Origin: an uncultured bacterium
GTDB taxonomy: Bacteria; Babelota; Babeliae; Babelales; Babelaceae
DNA length: 64,000 nucleotides
Reading direction: 5' to 3'
Assembly: GCA_963824495.1 (NCBI GenBank)
Contig: CAWGPQ010000008.1
Span: forward strand, 64,001-128,000
A program made the position numbers and the translations under genes. Position 1 is the first letter of the stretch, and each line of letters opens with the position of its first letter. The notes below the pieces were generated by a model that saw only the letters and a program-made list of their open reading frames with translations, ran no database searches and was not told the DNA's origin. Shown here in pieces: positions 41,135-51,796 of this stretch.

Positions 41135-41538
41135 TAGCTTGTGTTTTGATGGTTACTATGAGCATTACTGCTCGTGAAACTCCACAAAGTGAGCAGCCAG
41201 GCGAAGAAGTATTTATCCACCTACCCACAAAACGTAAGTATGCCCCAACAAGCAAAATGCGACAAGAGATACTTGAAAAACTCGAAGCACTTGCTTATGA
41301 CTTATCTCACGAAATCGAAAGCCTTGGACAAACCATACCTCAAATACTTTCAAGCGTGCGTTCTATCGTAGATAACAACAAAAAGAGCCTGCTTGTCTCA
41401 GGTTCTTGGCAAGAGCTTGAACGAGTGCATGCACATCTACAAAAGCAGGTAACCTACACTCAGCAACGCCGTAGAGAACTACAAGAACTTCAACAAGTTC
41501 TTACACTCAATACTTTATCAAAAAATACAAAACCTTAA
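41119..41538 (+). CDS. Hypothetical secreted coiled-coil protein
   Basis: Signal-like N-terminus; lies between pgsA-like gene and ssb. Confidence 0.65.
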   Translation: MLFKIIACVLMVTMSITARETPQSEQPGEEVFIHLPTKRKYAPTSKMRQEILEKLEALAYDLSHEIESLGQTIPQILSSVRSIVDNNKKSLLVSGSWQELERVHAHLQKQVTYTQQRRRELQELQQVLTLNTLSKNTKP

Positions 41539-41565
41539 CACTATTATTTACGAAAGGAAACCATA

Positions 41566-42126
41566 GTGGCAGGCTATAATCGTATTATTATGATCGGTAA
41601 TCTTACTAAAGATCCTGAATTTAAGCAGATATCTTCAGGCATGGGTATATCGAGACCCTACTGCCGATTAAGTCTTGCGTCAAACAGGCAGTTCAAAAAT
41701 AAACAGTCAGGTACGGTTACACAGGAAGTGTGCTATATCGATATTGATGTTTGGGGGGCTCAAGCAGAAAATTGCCATCAATATTTACAAAAAGGCAGAC
41801 CTGTTTTAGTTGAAGGACGCCTCAAACTTGATTCATGGAAAGAAGCTGACGGGCAGTCACGCAGTAAGCATTCTATCGTCGCCGATCATGTAGTCTTTTT
41901 GACGACAGGTCAACGTACCGATGCTCCTGCATTTGATAGCCTTACAGCTAGCCTTACACCTGATGAGGCAGCCGTAGCTTCGCCTAAACGTCCTGTTGCT
42001 CATGATAAAACATCCCCTCAGCGCAGCAAAGGAGCAACTCTTCTTACCCCCGATGAGTATGGCAGTGAAGGAGATACGGTCAGTTTTAAGGACGAGCCAC
42101 CCTTTGAAGACGATCTTCCTTTTTAA
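41566..42126 (+). CDS. ssb: Single-stranded DNA-binding protein
   Basis: NRIIMIGNLTKDPE, KGRPVLVEGRL, C-terminal DDLPF. Confidence 0.96.
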   Translation: MAGYNRIIMIGNLTKDPEFKQISSGMGISRPYCRLSLASNRQFKNKQSGTVTQEVCYIDIDVWGAQAENCHQYLQKGRPVLVEGRLKLDSWKEADGQSRSKHSIVADHVVFLTTGQRTDAPAFDSLTASLTPDEAAVASPKRPVAHDKTSPQRSKGATLLTPDEYGSEGDTVSFKDEPPFEDDLPF

Positions 42127-42164
42127 TCATCTTTAATCACCACAGCTCACTATAATCATGCTAC

Positions 42165-42191
42165 AAGGGGGCTTTATAAGCTCCCTTTTTT
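42165..42191 (+). terminator. Intrinsic terminator after ssb
   Basis: AAGGGGGCTT-TAT-AAGCTCCCTT followed by T-tract. Confidence 0.8.
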
Positions 42192-42293
42192 ACTGTCGTT
42201 ACAAAATAATTGACAATTATCAAATTATTTTGAAATACTAGTATCAGAGACATCCATTATTTACGCAAAGGGAAACTATCGGAGAAGCTACCT

Positions 42294-42746
42294 ATGAAGT
42301 GTTCAATACGTATGCTTGTTATACTAGTGAGTGTAGCAGTCACACCCACTGTTCTTAATTTTTCTGCTTATGCTTTCGCTTATGCTACAGATAAAGCAGC
42401 TGTTCTTGGATCGCTTATTGCTGAAACACTAGAATTTTGGAATCAACTAGACATCTTTCGGACATCCCTTACGCTAACGCCAGAAGAGCAGCATGATATC
42501 CTTGATCAGCTTGCAGATACAAGCATTAAACTCTATACAGAGGTACAAATGCTTGCAAAAGAATCCGATCACGCATCTGCTGACTATCAGGATATTGTTC
42601 ATCTGATCACAATTTTTGAACGATTGGTGCCTGTATTACATGAAACATTTGACATGCATACACATGACTCGTTTGTTTGTACACGCTATCTCCTTACACG
42701 AGCTCCACAACTTTTAGCCAATATCAAAATAGATATAGCCTCCTAG
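42294..42746 (+). CDS. Hypothetical secreted helical protein
   Basis: SD GGAG, signal peptide. Confidence 0.65.
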   Translation: MKCSIRMLVILVSVAVTPTVLNFSAYAFAYATDKAAVLGSLIAETLEFWNQLDIFRTSLTLTPEEQHDILDQLADTSIKLYTEVQMLAKESDHASADYQDIVHLITIFERLVPVLHETFDMHTHDSFVCTRYLLTRAPQLLANIKIDIAS

Positions 42747-43817
42747 AATTGACGTTGTGAAAATATTTCTACCGCCCACTGCGGCGTTATAGATAAGACC
42801 AATACGGGGAGCACAAGGGCGATCGAGATGGGCAAAGTCATACTCAGCTATAACATTGAGCGTATGCATACGCCAACCAGGGCAGCATACAGGTAATCTT
42901 TTTTTGCAAGAACGCCACAGATCATGACCTTTATGATCATAGCGATAGCCCAGTAACCATGACAATCCTTGAACTACGTGGTCAGCTTTTATATAACACT
43001 CTATGGCACCTAAAGGCCTACGCTGTACATGGGCACGCTCACAAGCATCTAGTGCGCACCTCCCTACTTTCTTAATGTGCTTAAATCTATCGATAAAGAT
43101 TAAAACATCACCGTGAAGCCCAAGCGTTAACCAGTCATAAAAACCAATAGCACTGTCAAACAGGATGGGTATGCCAAAATGGCCATCATAGCCAAGAGGA
43201 ATATCAAGTAATTTACGCTCACTACGCTCAACCCCCGTGGGCAATAGTAACCCAACCTGTACCGCAAAATCAATAAAATCAAGACATTCAGTCTGTTCGT
43301 AATTTATTGTCCAGCCTCCCAAGAGCGATACATCGCCAAGTCCAGATTTGCGTACATTGAGAACGTGTTGATCATAGGGATTACGAGCAAGCACACGACG
43401 CCTGCCACAGCTGATATCGGTTATTTCTAAGCTTCTAATAGGCAGATAAAAGTGAGTAAAAAAGCCACACGTATAATTGCTATACCAATCGATAATTGCT
43501 TCAAAAATACCAAATCGTCCATCGATCTCTATCTGAAGATCCCGAGGTATACCGATAGGACAGGCCAAAAGTTTCTGAAGAATTTCTGGATTATCTAAGC
43601 AAACCTTTTTACCACATGCATTACGGGCGGTGCGCGTAGAGCCACCGCTACAAGTTACACCAAGCGTTTGCAACCACCTTTTTTCAAATCGTGGTTCACC
43701 GGTAAAAAATGATGCTCTATAAAAATGGCTATTATCAAGAGCCTGCAGGGTAAAACAACTAAAAAACACTACTGCGCAACATCCTAACCAGCGATGCGCA
43801 TAAACGTACGCCATCAT
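42714..43817 (-). CDS. Hypothetical secreted protein, possible outer-membrane beta-barrel
   Basis: Signal peptide, alternating beta-strand patterns, SGLGDVSL..GLLLPTG, aromatic C-terminal strand. Confidence 0.55.
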   Translation of the reverse strand: MMAYVYAHRWLGCCAVVFFSCFTLQALDNSHFYRASFFTGEPRFEKRWLQTLGVTCSGGSTRTARNACGKKVCLDNPEILQKLLACPIGIPRDLQIEIDGRFGIFEAIIDWYSNYTCGFFTHFYLPIRSLEITDISCGRRRVLARNPYDQHVLNVRKSGLGDVSLLGGWTINYEQTECLDFIDFAVQVGLLLPTGVERSERKLLDIPLGYDGHFGIPILFDSAIGFYDWLTLGLHGDVLIFIDRFKHIKKVGRCALDACERAHVQRRPLGAIECYIKADHVVQGLSWLLGYRYDHKGHDLWRSCKKRLPVCCPGWRMHTLNVIAEYDFAHLDRPCAPRIGLIYNAAVGGRNIFTTSILGGYIYFDIG

Positions 43818-44006
43818 ATACTCCTTAATAATAGTATGCTTTTAAAGTTAGTCTAAACTAAAAAAAAAGAGAATACTTAAGCAGAAACTAAGAGTATTTA
43901 TTTTTTTGCTCTTGGGGTAAACTAAGTATAAAGACACAACACTATAACCTCAAAAAACACTATAGATATTTTAAATATTCTCAAAATATTCTCATGGAGC
44001 ATCAGC

Positions 44007-44522
44007 ATGGCTGAAGAACACAATCATACAACAATAAACGATCTTGAGCACACTCTTCATACCTGCCAAATAGATTTGGCAGCATGCGAAGAAAAATTAC
44101 GTATTCTTCAGGATCGCTATAATTACCTTAATGCTGACTTTGACAATATACGTCGTCGCATGCATAAAGAGCTCATGCAGGGCATTCAGGCAGCTCAAGC
44201 AGACATCTTTCTTGATCTACTGCCTATTATTGACGATTTCGATAGAGCTTTAGCTGACCTACGCGCTCAACATCCGAATTACGAAACGGCAACGTGGTAT
44301 TCTGGCTTAGAGCTTACCTATAGGGTGCTCATGAAATTGCTTGCCAAATATAATGTAGAAGAAATTACCGAGACGCAAACATTCAACCCAGAACTTCACG
44401 AAGCCATTCTTCATGTTGCTGATCCTAATAGACAGCCTGGCGATATTATTGAAGTCTTACGTAAGGGTTATCGATTCAAAGACCAGGTGCTGCGTCCAGC
44501 TCAAGTGAGCGTTGCCCAGTAA
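44007..44522 (+). CDS. grpE: Nucleotide exchange factor GrpE
   Basis: ADFDNIRRR, LLPIIDDFDRAL, FNPELHEA, KGY..VLRPAQVSV. Confidence 0.95.
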   Translation: MAEEHNHTTINDLEHTLHTCQIDLAACEEKLRILQDRYNYLNADFDNIRRRMHKELMQGIQAAQADIFLDLLPIIDDFDRALADLRAQHPNYETATWYSGLELTYRVLMKLLAKYNVEEITETQTFNPELHEAILHVADPNRQPGDIIEVLRKGYRFKDQVLRPAQVSVAQ

Positions 44523-44535
44523 AGCTCAGTATCTT

Positions 44536-45630
44536 TTATTTAAGAAGAGCTACTATGACCTCGAAAAAAATAAGAACTATTACGAGTATTGACAGAAGAT
44601 CGTCACGGCGAGCATCTATTTTACTTTGATATACCGTGCTAATATCATGAATAATAGCGAGCTTATTATGAATAGATTCTTTCCAGTTGTTTAGATCAAG
44701 CTTTTCTACTAAAAGTGAATACAGTTCAGAATAATAGGCTTCTCCAACAAGTTTTATACTGTTTTCAAGACGCTCAGTGATAACAGATATATCAACCCGA
44801 AGTTTGCCCAATTCACTTACAGGATCATTAACCGTAGAGCCAATAAAGGGCAAGTAAGCTTTCCAAGGTGCAGCACTTACACCCCGTTCATACACCGCAT
44901 TAAGCTGCTGATCTAAAACTCGATCAAAATACTGAAGCTCAAGCTGCTGCATATTAGCAAATTCAAAAAGATCTAAAATATCTTCGTATTCGTCATCATA
45001 AACAAATGCAGCTTCTGTATCAATAATTATTAGATCACCCCTGTAATAGCCAATGGCACTATCAAGAATTTCGTTTCTCTGATACTCAGAAAGTGTTTCT
45101 GTTTCAAAGCGCAACATTGAGGCAATAACACTGCCATAGCACTCTTTCAAGTACACAATATCAATGGTCTCAGGTTCTGGGTCAACTTGAATAATTAAAT
45201 ACGTTTTCCGGAGATGGAAAAACCTCGGCTGCTTAATAGTGGGTTTAATACGTTTAAAGATTGCCCCAGCATCTTCAATACTTTGTTCGTTATACTCATT
45301 ATCGATAGCAGTCAATTTGGTACGTAGATCCTCAAGGGTTGACGAAAAAGGTATCCGATAGCGAAGTGTGATAACACCAAAACTATGTAGTTTAGCATCG
45401 ACAAACTGAGAACTCGTGTGAGGATGAGGTAATTCTACAGCCAAAGGAATATGATAATTTTTAAAATATTTTGAGGGAGTAAATGAGCGTCGTATGAGCA
45501 TGTGTGATGATTTAACCCATTCTAAATTTATATCATCACCGATATCGAAACTATGAAATATAAAGATATTTCCTGTAAATATATGCTGTTTCGCATCGTC
45601 CTGCTGATTCATAGTTATCAAGTTCCTCAT
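44536..45630 (-). CDS. Conserved hypothetical protein, RMD1/DUF155-like
   Basis: LELQYFDRVLD, ERLENSIKLVGE, C-terminal LVIVLIFFEV. Confidence 0.6.
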   Translation of the reverse strand: MRNLITMNQQDDAKQHIFTGNIFIFHSFDIGDDINLEWVKSSHMLIRRSFTPSKYFKNYHIPLAVELPHPHTSSQFVDAKLHSFGVITLRYRIPFSSTLEDLRTKLTAIDNEYNEQSIEDAGAIFKRIKPTIKQPRFFHLRKTYLIIQVDPEPETIDIVYLKECYGSVIASMLRFETETLSEYQRNEILDSAIGYYRGDLIIIDTEAAFVYDDEYEDILDLFEFANMQQLELQYFDRVLDQQLNAVYERGVSAAPWKAYLPFIGSTVNDPVSELGKLRVDISVITERLENSIKLVGEAYYSELYSLLVEKLDLNNWKESIHNKLAIIHDISTVYQSKIDARRDDLLSILVIVLIFFEVIVALLK

Positions 45631-45633
45631 GTT

Positions 45634-47457
45634 TCATTCTTTTGTAAGAATTGTCATAAATGCTTCTTGAGGAAGCTCAACATTCCCTACCTGCTTCATT
45701 TTCTTTTTGCCTTCTTTTTGTTTTTCGAGTAATTTACGTTTACGAGTAATATCACCACCATAACATTTTGCCGTTACGTCTTTACGTAATGGTGCAACTG
45801 ATTCCCGAGCAATCACTTTAGCACCTAAAGCAGCTTGAATACTTACCTCAAACAATTGACGAGGGATAACTTTTCTGAGCTTAAGCGCAAGCTCCCTTCC
45901 CACGTTGTAGGCACTATCACGATGAACAATCGTCGATAACGCATCAACAGCTCTGCCATTTAATAAGATATCCATCTTGACCAAGTCTGCCTCTTGATAA
46001 CCAACTTCTTCATAATCAAGACTTGCATAACCCGATGTCAACGACTTAAGCTGATCATAAAAATCCGTAGCAACTTCATTAAGGGGCAAACGGTAAACAA
46101 GTATAACCCGGTCTTCCGTGAGATAAGTAAACTGTTTTTGCTCCCCCCGTTTTTCTTGACATAACTTCATAATAGCACCAAGATACTCTTTGGGCAGAAT
46201 AATAGTTGCATCGATAATAGGCTCCATAATAACCTCGATTTTTTGAGGATCAGGGAAATCAGAGGGGCTTTCAATATCGATAATCTCACCGGTATGGGCC
46301 ATTTTAACTTTATACAACACACTTGGTGCTGTTGAAATAACAGATAGACCGTATTCTTGCTCAAGCCGCTGCTTAAAAACATCCATATGTAAAAGTCCCA
46401 AGAAGCCACATCTAAACCCTAAGCCAAGGGCTGCAGAAGTCTTTTTCTCAACTTTTACGCTTGCGTCATTAAGAGTAAGTTTTTCAATAGCATCACGTAA
46501 GAGATCAAAATCGGTATTTTCAATAGGATAAATACCCGCAAAAACCATCGGCTTTGCCGGTTTAAATCCAGGAAAAGGCTCTACACACTTTCTCGTATGG
46601 TAAATGGTCTCACCAACACGAGCTTCTTGGACAGTTTTCATACCAGCAATAAGATAGCCAACTTGACCAGCATAGAGGGCGTCTGTAGGTGTTTCATTGG
46701 GATACATAAGACCCAGCTCAAGTACTTCATATGCAGTGCCTGATTGGGCAAGCGTAATACTATCGCCCTTTTTAATAACACCATCTTTAATAGCAAGTAA
46801 ACAAACAACTCCCCGATAGTCATCATACCAAGAGTCAAAAAGCAGTGCTTTTAAGCTTTTTGATATGGTGCTCTCAGGAGCTGGTATACGCTCAACGATG
46901 GTATCAAGAATGGTCGATATACCAAAACCAGTTTTTGCAGATGCTCTAATTATATCTTTTTCATTATAGTCAAACAGATTTTTAAGCTCTTTTTCAACGC
47001 GCTCAGGCTGGGCTGCAACCATATCAACCTTATTAATAACCGGAATGATGGTTAAGTTTTGATCAAAGGCCAAGTAAAAGTTAGCCATAGTCTGGGCTTG
47101 TACACCTTGTGAAGCGTCAACAAGCAAGAGCGCTCCCTGGCATGCATAAAGTGAACGGGATACCTCATAGTTAAAGTCAACGTGACCCGGGGTATCAATA
47201 AGATTAAGTAAATAGGATACTCCCTTATACTCATGAATCATAGAGGCACTTTGAGCTTTAACAGTTATCCCTCTTTCTTTCTCCACCTGCAATTTATCTA
47301 AAAATTGTTCATTTTTAGTGCGCGTGGAAAGGGTACCCGTTACTTCTAAAAGCCTATCACACAACGTTGATTTTCCATGATCAATATGCGCGATTACTGA
47401 GAAATTACGAATTTTGTCAGGCGTAAATTGCTGTAAATCGAGTTTTTTATCGTCCAT
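45634..47457 (-). CDS. lepA: Elongation factor 4
   Basis: IRNFSVIAHIDHGKSTL, GFRCGFLGLLHM, KCYGGDITRKRKLLEKQKEGKK. Confidence 0.98.
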   Translation of the reverse strand: MDDKKLDLQQFTPDKIRNFSVIAHIDHGKSTLCDRLLEVTGTLSTRTKNEQFLDKLQVEKERGITVKAQSASMIHEYKGVSYLLNLIDTPGHVDFNYEVSRSLYACQGALLLVDASQGVQAQTMANFYLAFDQNLTIIPVINKVDMVAAQPERVEKELKNLFDYNEKDIIRASAKTGFGISTILDTIVERIPAPESTISKSLKALLFDSWYDDYRGVVCLLAIKDGVIKKGDSITLAQSGTAYEVLELGLMYPNETPTDALYAGQVGYLIAGMKTVQEARVGETIYHTRKCVEPFPGFKPAKPMVFAGIYPIENTDFDLLRDAIEKLTLNDASVKVEKKTSAALGLGFRCGFLGLLHMDVFKQRLEQEYGLSVISTAPSVLYKVKMAHTGEIIDIESPSDFPDPQKIEVIMEPIIDATIILPKEYLGAIMKLCQEKRGEQKQFTYLTEDRVILVYRLPLNEVATDFYDQLKSLTSGYASLDYEEVGYQEADLVKMDILLNGRAVDALSTIVHRDSAYNVGRELALKLRKVIPRQLFEVSIQAALGAKVIARESVAPLRKDVTAKCYGGDITRKRKLLEKQKEGKKKMKQVGNVELPQEAFMTILTKE

Positions 47458-47715
47458 AGTATTGAATTCTAGCGTGCTTTCGTAGTTCCCTTAAGTAACC
47501 ATACCAGGAACTCATGTAGTTATACTAGTATACCATAAAAAGGGCAGTATATGAAATTAACAAGCTGACGGGATAAGCCATGCCACTGCGCTGCTCAGTG
47601 CGCCATTCAAAAATAAATCTTTGTCAATTTTTATTTGAAAATTATTCAAAAGCTGCTATCATTAACTCATATATTTGTTTTTAACTTGATTATACCTGAT
47701 TATGAAGGATATTTC

Positions 47716-49677
47716 ATGAAATTAGCGATATTTTTGAGCTTAACAGTGCTTGCTTTGGGTACTTCACCCTTAGGTTATGCTATGGATACCAATGAAAATA
47801 CTCATGAAAATACCGGTGAGCAACCAACTAAAAAACAAAAACTTGAAGAGTCCGATAGCCCACCCAGGGGTCCTATCGATTCGCCTATCGATCCATTATC
47901 CGATGAGCAAATAGCACAGATTGAGCTTGAAGAAAAAGCAGATCAGTATTTCCAAGCAGTGGTAAATGATGATATTGAATTAGTCAAAGATCTCTTAAAC
48001 GAAGGATTCCCCGTTGATTATATAGATGCAACTACTGGTACAACAGCATTTTTTACCGCAGCGGAGGAAGATCAACCAGACTTGATAGCCTTGCTAGCTG
48101 AGCATGGGGCAAACGTCAATTTTAGACATACCCATGGTGACACTGCTTTACATCGCGCAGCACGCAAAAATAATCATGACCTAATAGTTGATTTAGCTAT
48201 GCATGGTGCAGATGTTACTCTTACGAATAATTATGGCGAACTTCCCCTGCACATTGCCGCTAGACGAACATCTAGTGATACGCTTGGAACACTTCTTGCC
48301 CTGACTCCACAGCACTTACTTAATGCAGAGAATCTTGATGGTCGAACACCTCTTGCACAGGCAATTCGTGCTGGGAGTCGTCGAAACGTTGAAGTACTTC
48401 CTCAATACAATGTTCGTATAGAACAAACTCTGGAAGAACAGATACAGCAAATTTTGCATGCTGAACCTCTTACGTACCATACAATACTAGGACATAGAGC
48501 GCAGGTGGAAACAATTTTGCGCTCAAGGGCGATCATACCCGCACAAGCTGAAGAAATGACACCATTACACTGGGCTGCTGCTCGAGGCCACAGTGATATT
48601 ATAGAATTACTCCTCAACGCACAAGCACAAATCAACGCCCAAGATGAAAATGAAATGCGGCCATTACATCTTGCTGCACAAAACGGCCATACCAACCTTA
48701 TCCCTCTCTTGATCCAGCATGGGGCAGATCCTCATGCACAAGATTCCGATCATTATACACCTTTACATCATGCAACGCTTAGAGGACATACCCCTACTGC
48801 TCAAGCTCTCATCGAAGCTGGTGCGCACGTTAATATTGCTCTAGTGCCTGAACAACCACTGCACGTTGCCGTACGATTTAATCAACTTCAGCTCATAGCA
48901 CTGCTTGTGCTCCATCACGCAGATATTGATGCAAGAAATGAGCCTGGCATGACACCGCTTCATCTTGCTATTGGCAGTAATAATCTTAACGTTATTCGGG
49001 CATTGCTCCATAATCAAGCAAACGTTAACGTTCAAACTAACGATGGTCAAACTGCGGCAGACTATGCTCAAGCTCATCATAGAACTGAAGCTCTGGAGCT
49101 CATTAATCATCCTGAAGTACCAGCTGCAGTATATTTGACATTGCTAAGGGACCGAGAGCCTCTTCTTGCCCAAACAGCCGAAGCTCTGACTGAAACCGAT
49201 GGGTTAGGCACAAATCCACTGAGCCTTGCTATCCAAATGGGTTATGATGATGTAACGTGCCCTATAGTGAACCGTGCACCTAATCTTGTTCATCAAGCTG
49301 ACCGTCAAGGATGGACGCCACTGCATTACGCAGCAGCTCGAGGTAATGATACTGTGTTACAATTCTTGCTTGCACGTAACGCGGCTGCAACACAGGTAAC
49401 ACATAATCGGCAAACCCCAGCAGATGTAGCACAAGCACATAATCATCTGACAACATTAGAACTTCTCAGAACCCATGTATTACAGCCCTTTGTTGAACGT
49501 TTATTTAGAGCTGGACAACCAATCGGACACCTTAGAGAAATACCGTCAGACCTAGCCTCAGATGATACTCCATCACCAATAGCAATTGCAGGCGGAGATA
49601 GGAATGTTATGGCAACCATTACCGCATTTCTTGTGCATCAGACTATGTACCATAACCCAAATAATAACAACAATTGA
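47716..49677 (+). CDS. Secreted ankyrin-repeat protein, tandem copy 1
   Basis: Likely ATG 47716 after AAGGA; ..LGYA|MDTNE, PTKKQK, many ANK repeats, poly-Asn end. Confidence 0.9.
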   Translation: MKLAIFLSLTVLALGTSPLGYAMDTNENTHENTGEQPTKKQKLEESDSPPRGPIDSPIDPLSDEQIAQIELEEKADQYFQAVVNDDIELVKDLLNEGFPVDYIDATTGTTAFFTAAEEDQPDLIALLAEHGANVNFRHTHGDTALHRAARKNNHDLIVDLAMHGADVTLTNNYGELPLHIAARRTSSDTLGTLLALTPQHLLNAENLDGRTPLAQAIRAGSRRNVEVLPQYNVRIEQTLEEQIQQILHAEPLTYHTILGHRAQVETILRSRAIIPAQAEEMTPLHWAAARGHSDIIELLLNAQAQINAQDENEMRPLHLAAQNGHTNLIPLLIQHGADPHAQDSDHYTPLHHATLRGHTPTAQALIEAGAHVNIALVPEQPLHVAVRFNQLQLIALLVLHHADIDARNEPGMTPLHLAIGSNNLNVIRALLHNQANVNVQTNDGQTAADYAQAHHRTEALELINHPEVPAAVYLTLLRDREPLLAQTAEALTETDGLGTNPLSLAIQMGYDDVTCPIVNRAPNLVHQADRQGWTPLHYAAARGNDTVLQFLLARNAAATQVTHNRQTPADVAQAHNHLTTLELLRTHVLQPFVERLFRAGQPIGHLREIPSDLASDDTPSPIAIAGGDRNVMATITAFLVHQTMYHNPNNNNN

Positions 49678-49734
49678 TAAAACTAATAATTAATAAAACC
49701 CTTGAGCGTAGCATCATAGCATAAGGAACATCGC

Positions 49735-51717
49735 ATGAAAGTATCACACAAACGCATTCTCTTACTATTGACTCTGATGAGCTCACCCTTAGGCTATGCA
49801 ATGGATACCAATGAGCCACCGGCCAAAAAACAAAAAATCGAAGATGCTATCAAAGATCCTCAAGAAGGCACTTCTGATAGCGGGTCGGCATATCTTTTTA
49901 GTGAAGAAGAAATACAAAGCCATAGTGAAGAACTGTTTGCCGCAGCTGCCGACGGTGATGTCGAAAAACTTTATTGTCTCTTAACGAGAGGAATGCCTAT
50001 TGATCTTGTTGATGAAAACCGGGAAATAGGCAGAACGGCGCTTGCCATAGCTGCTCGAGCAGGCCACCAGAAAGTAGTTGAGCTTCTTATTCACAATGGA
50101 GCTGATATTGATACTCAAGATACCAATGGCGCAACGCCGCTTCATCTCGCTTTACTCAACGATCACGTTCATGTCATAGGAACATTAGAATTTTATGGAG
50201 CTAATATCACACTTACTGACAATAATGGCAACCTTCCTCTTCACCTTGCCGCTGCAGGAGCAGATATAAATATTTTTTACAGCCTTCTTCAGGCTACTCC
50301 AGCACATGCGCTTAATACACAAAATAACGCTGGACAAACACCACTTGCTCTTGCACTTGAAAGAAATACTATTCAACATGTTAGATTACTTCTTCAATAC
50401 AATGCTACAGCAAGCCACTTAGAAGGCCCATTAGCCACCATTATTTTAGCAGGGCTAGAGCAGCCTTCAGCGCATCAACGTATCTTGTACGACATTCTTA
50501 TAGGCAATACAGAACATGCCAATCAACTTCTTCAAACAGAAGATCCAGCAGAGTATATCAACGCACAAGATGAGCTTGGTATGACGATTCTTCATTGGGC
50601 CGCAGCTCGAGGCCATAGTAATATCATAGAATCACTTCTCAATAAGCAAGCAACCATCGATGGCCAGGATACACAGGGCATGCAGCCGCTACACTTTGCT
50701 ACACAAAATGGTCATCGTATTATCACAGAGCTATTACTTGCTCATAGAGCACCCGTTAACGCACGCGATAGCCATGGGCAGACACCTCTCCATTATGCAA
50801 TACTGAGAGGAGATAGAGAGAGTGCCCAAACTTTGATCGCAGCCCGGGCAGATATTAATGCACAAAATGCTCGTGGCCAAAGTCCTTTACACCTGGCAGC
50901 ATTAACAGGAAACCTAGATCTCACGCTACTTCTTATTGATCATGGTGCACGTATTAATACTCATGCTGGTAATGGCTTTACACCGCTAACTGTTGCTATT
51001 CCTCAAAATAACCTGAATATTATGCGAGCATTGCTTTATCATAATGCTGATATAACTATACCCAATAATAATGGTCACACTGCAGCTGAATTTGCCGGGC
51101 AGCTCGGCAGACATGATGCCCGTGCTCTCTTAATGAACCCTATGATACCACCATTATTGTATGCTGTTATGACACAAGATGAAGAACTAGCGCGTCGTCT
51201 TCTAGAGCAAGAAAACATAGATATTGCCGCTACTGACGGTATAGGCACTACCGCGTTAAGTATGGCTGTTCAGATGGGTAACGATAATTTGGTAAACCTT
51301 CTACTCAAGCACGGAGCACGGGCTCACTTGGTAAATAGAGCAGATCACGAGGGATGGACACCCCTTCATTATGCTGCCCGTGGAGGCCAGCTTGAAACTA
51401 TGCACCTATTACTTAATCATCATGCTCATGTAAGAGCTCTCACAGAGACTGGTGAAACGGCTGAAGAGCTGGCACGAGCAAACAACCAATGGGAATGCCT
51501 AGAGCTTCTAAGGGCTCATGGACTACAGCCTTTTCTTGCACGTTCATTCAGAGCTGGAGAACCAATCGAATATCTTAGAGAAACACCGTCAAACCTATCC
51601 TCAAACGATACCAGATCGCCAATAGCCATTGTAGGGGGAGATGAGAATATCATGGCAATCATTGCTACATTCCTTGTTCATCAGACTATGTACCATAACC
51701 CAAATAATAATAATTAA
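49735..51717 (+). CDS. Secreted ankyrin-repeat protein, tandem copy 2
   Basis: ..LGYA|MDTNE, PPAKKQK, ANK repeats, same C-terminal tail. Confidence 0.9.
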   Translation: MKVSHKRILLLLTLMSSPLGYAMDTNEPPAKKQKIEDAIKDPQEGTSDSGSAYLFSEEEIQSHSEELFAAAADGDVEKLYCLLTRGMPIDLVDENREIGRTALAIAARAGHQKVVELLIHNGADIDTQDTNGATPLHLALLNDHVHVIGTLEFYGANITLTDNNGNLPLHLAAAGADINIFYSLLQATPAHALNTQNNAGQTPLALALERNTIQHVRLLLQYNATASHLEGPLATIILAGLEQPSAHQRILYDILIGNTEHANQLLQTEDPAEYINAQDELGMTILHWAAARGHSNIIESLLNKQATIDGQDTQGMQPLHFATQNGHRIITELLLAHRAPVNARDSHGQTPLHYAILRGDRESAQTLIAARADINAQNARGQSPLHLAALTGNLDLTLLLIDHGARINTHAGNGFTPLTVAIPQNNLNIMRALLYHNADITIPNNNGHTAAEFAGQLGRHDARALLMNPMIPPLLYAVMTQDEELARRLLEQENIDIAATDGIGTTALSMAVQMGNDNLVNLLLKHGARAHLVNRADHEGWTPLHYAARGGQLETMHLLLNHHAHVRALTETGETAEELARANNQWECLELLRAHGLQPFLARSFRAGEPIEYLRETPSNLSSNDTRSPIAIVGGDENIMAIIATFLVHQTMYHNPNNNN

Positions 51718-51796
51718 TAGAACTATAGTGCCTGCTCTAAAAAAATATGCGGGCACCTTAAGCATGTCACTCGAGCATGCTGTTAAGGAATACGAC

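Noticed and set aside
43820..44006. CIRCE element upstream of grpE
   Set aside because: No TTAGCACTC-N9-GAGTGCTAA match found.
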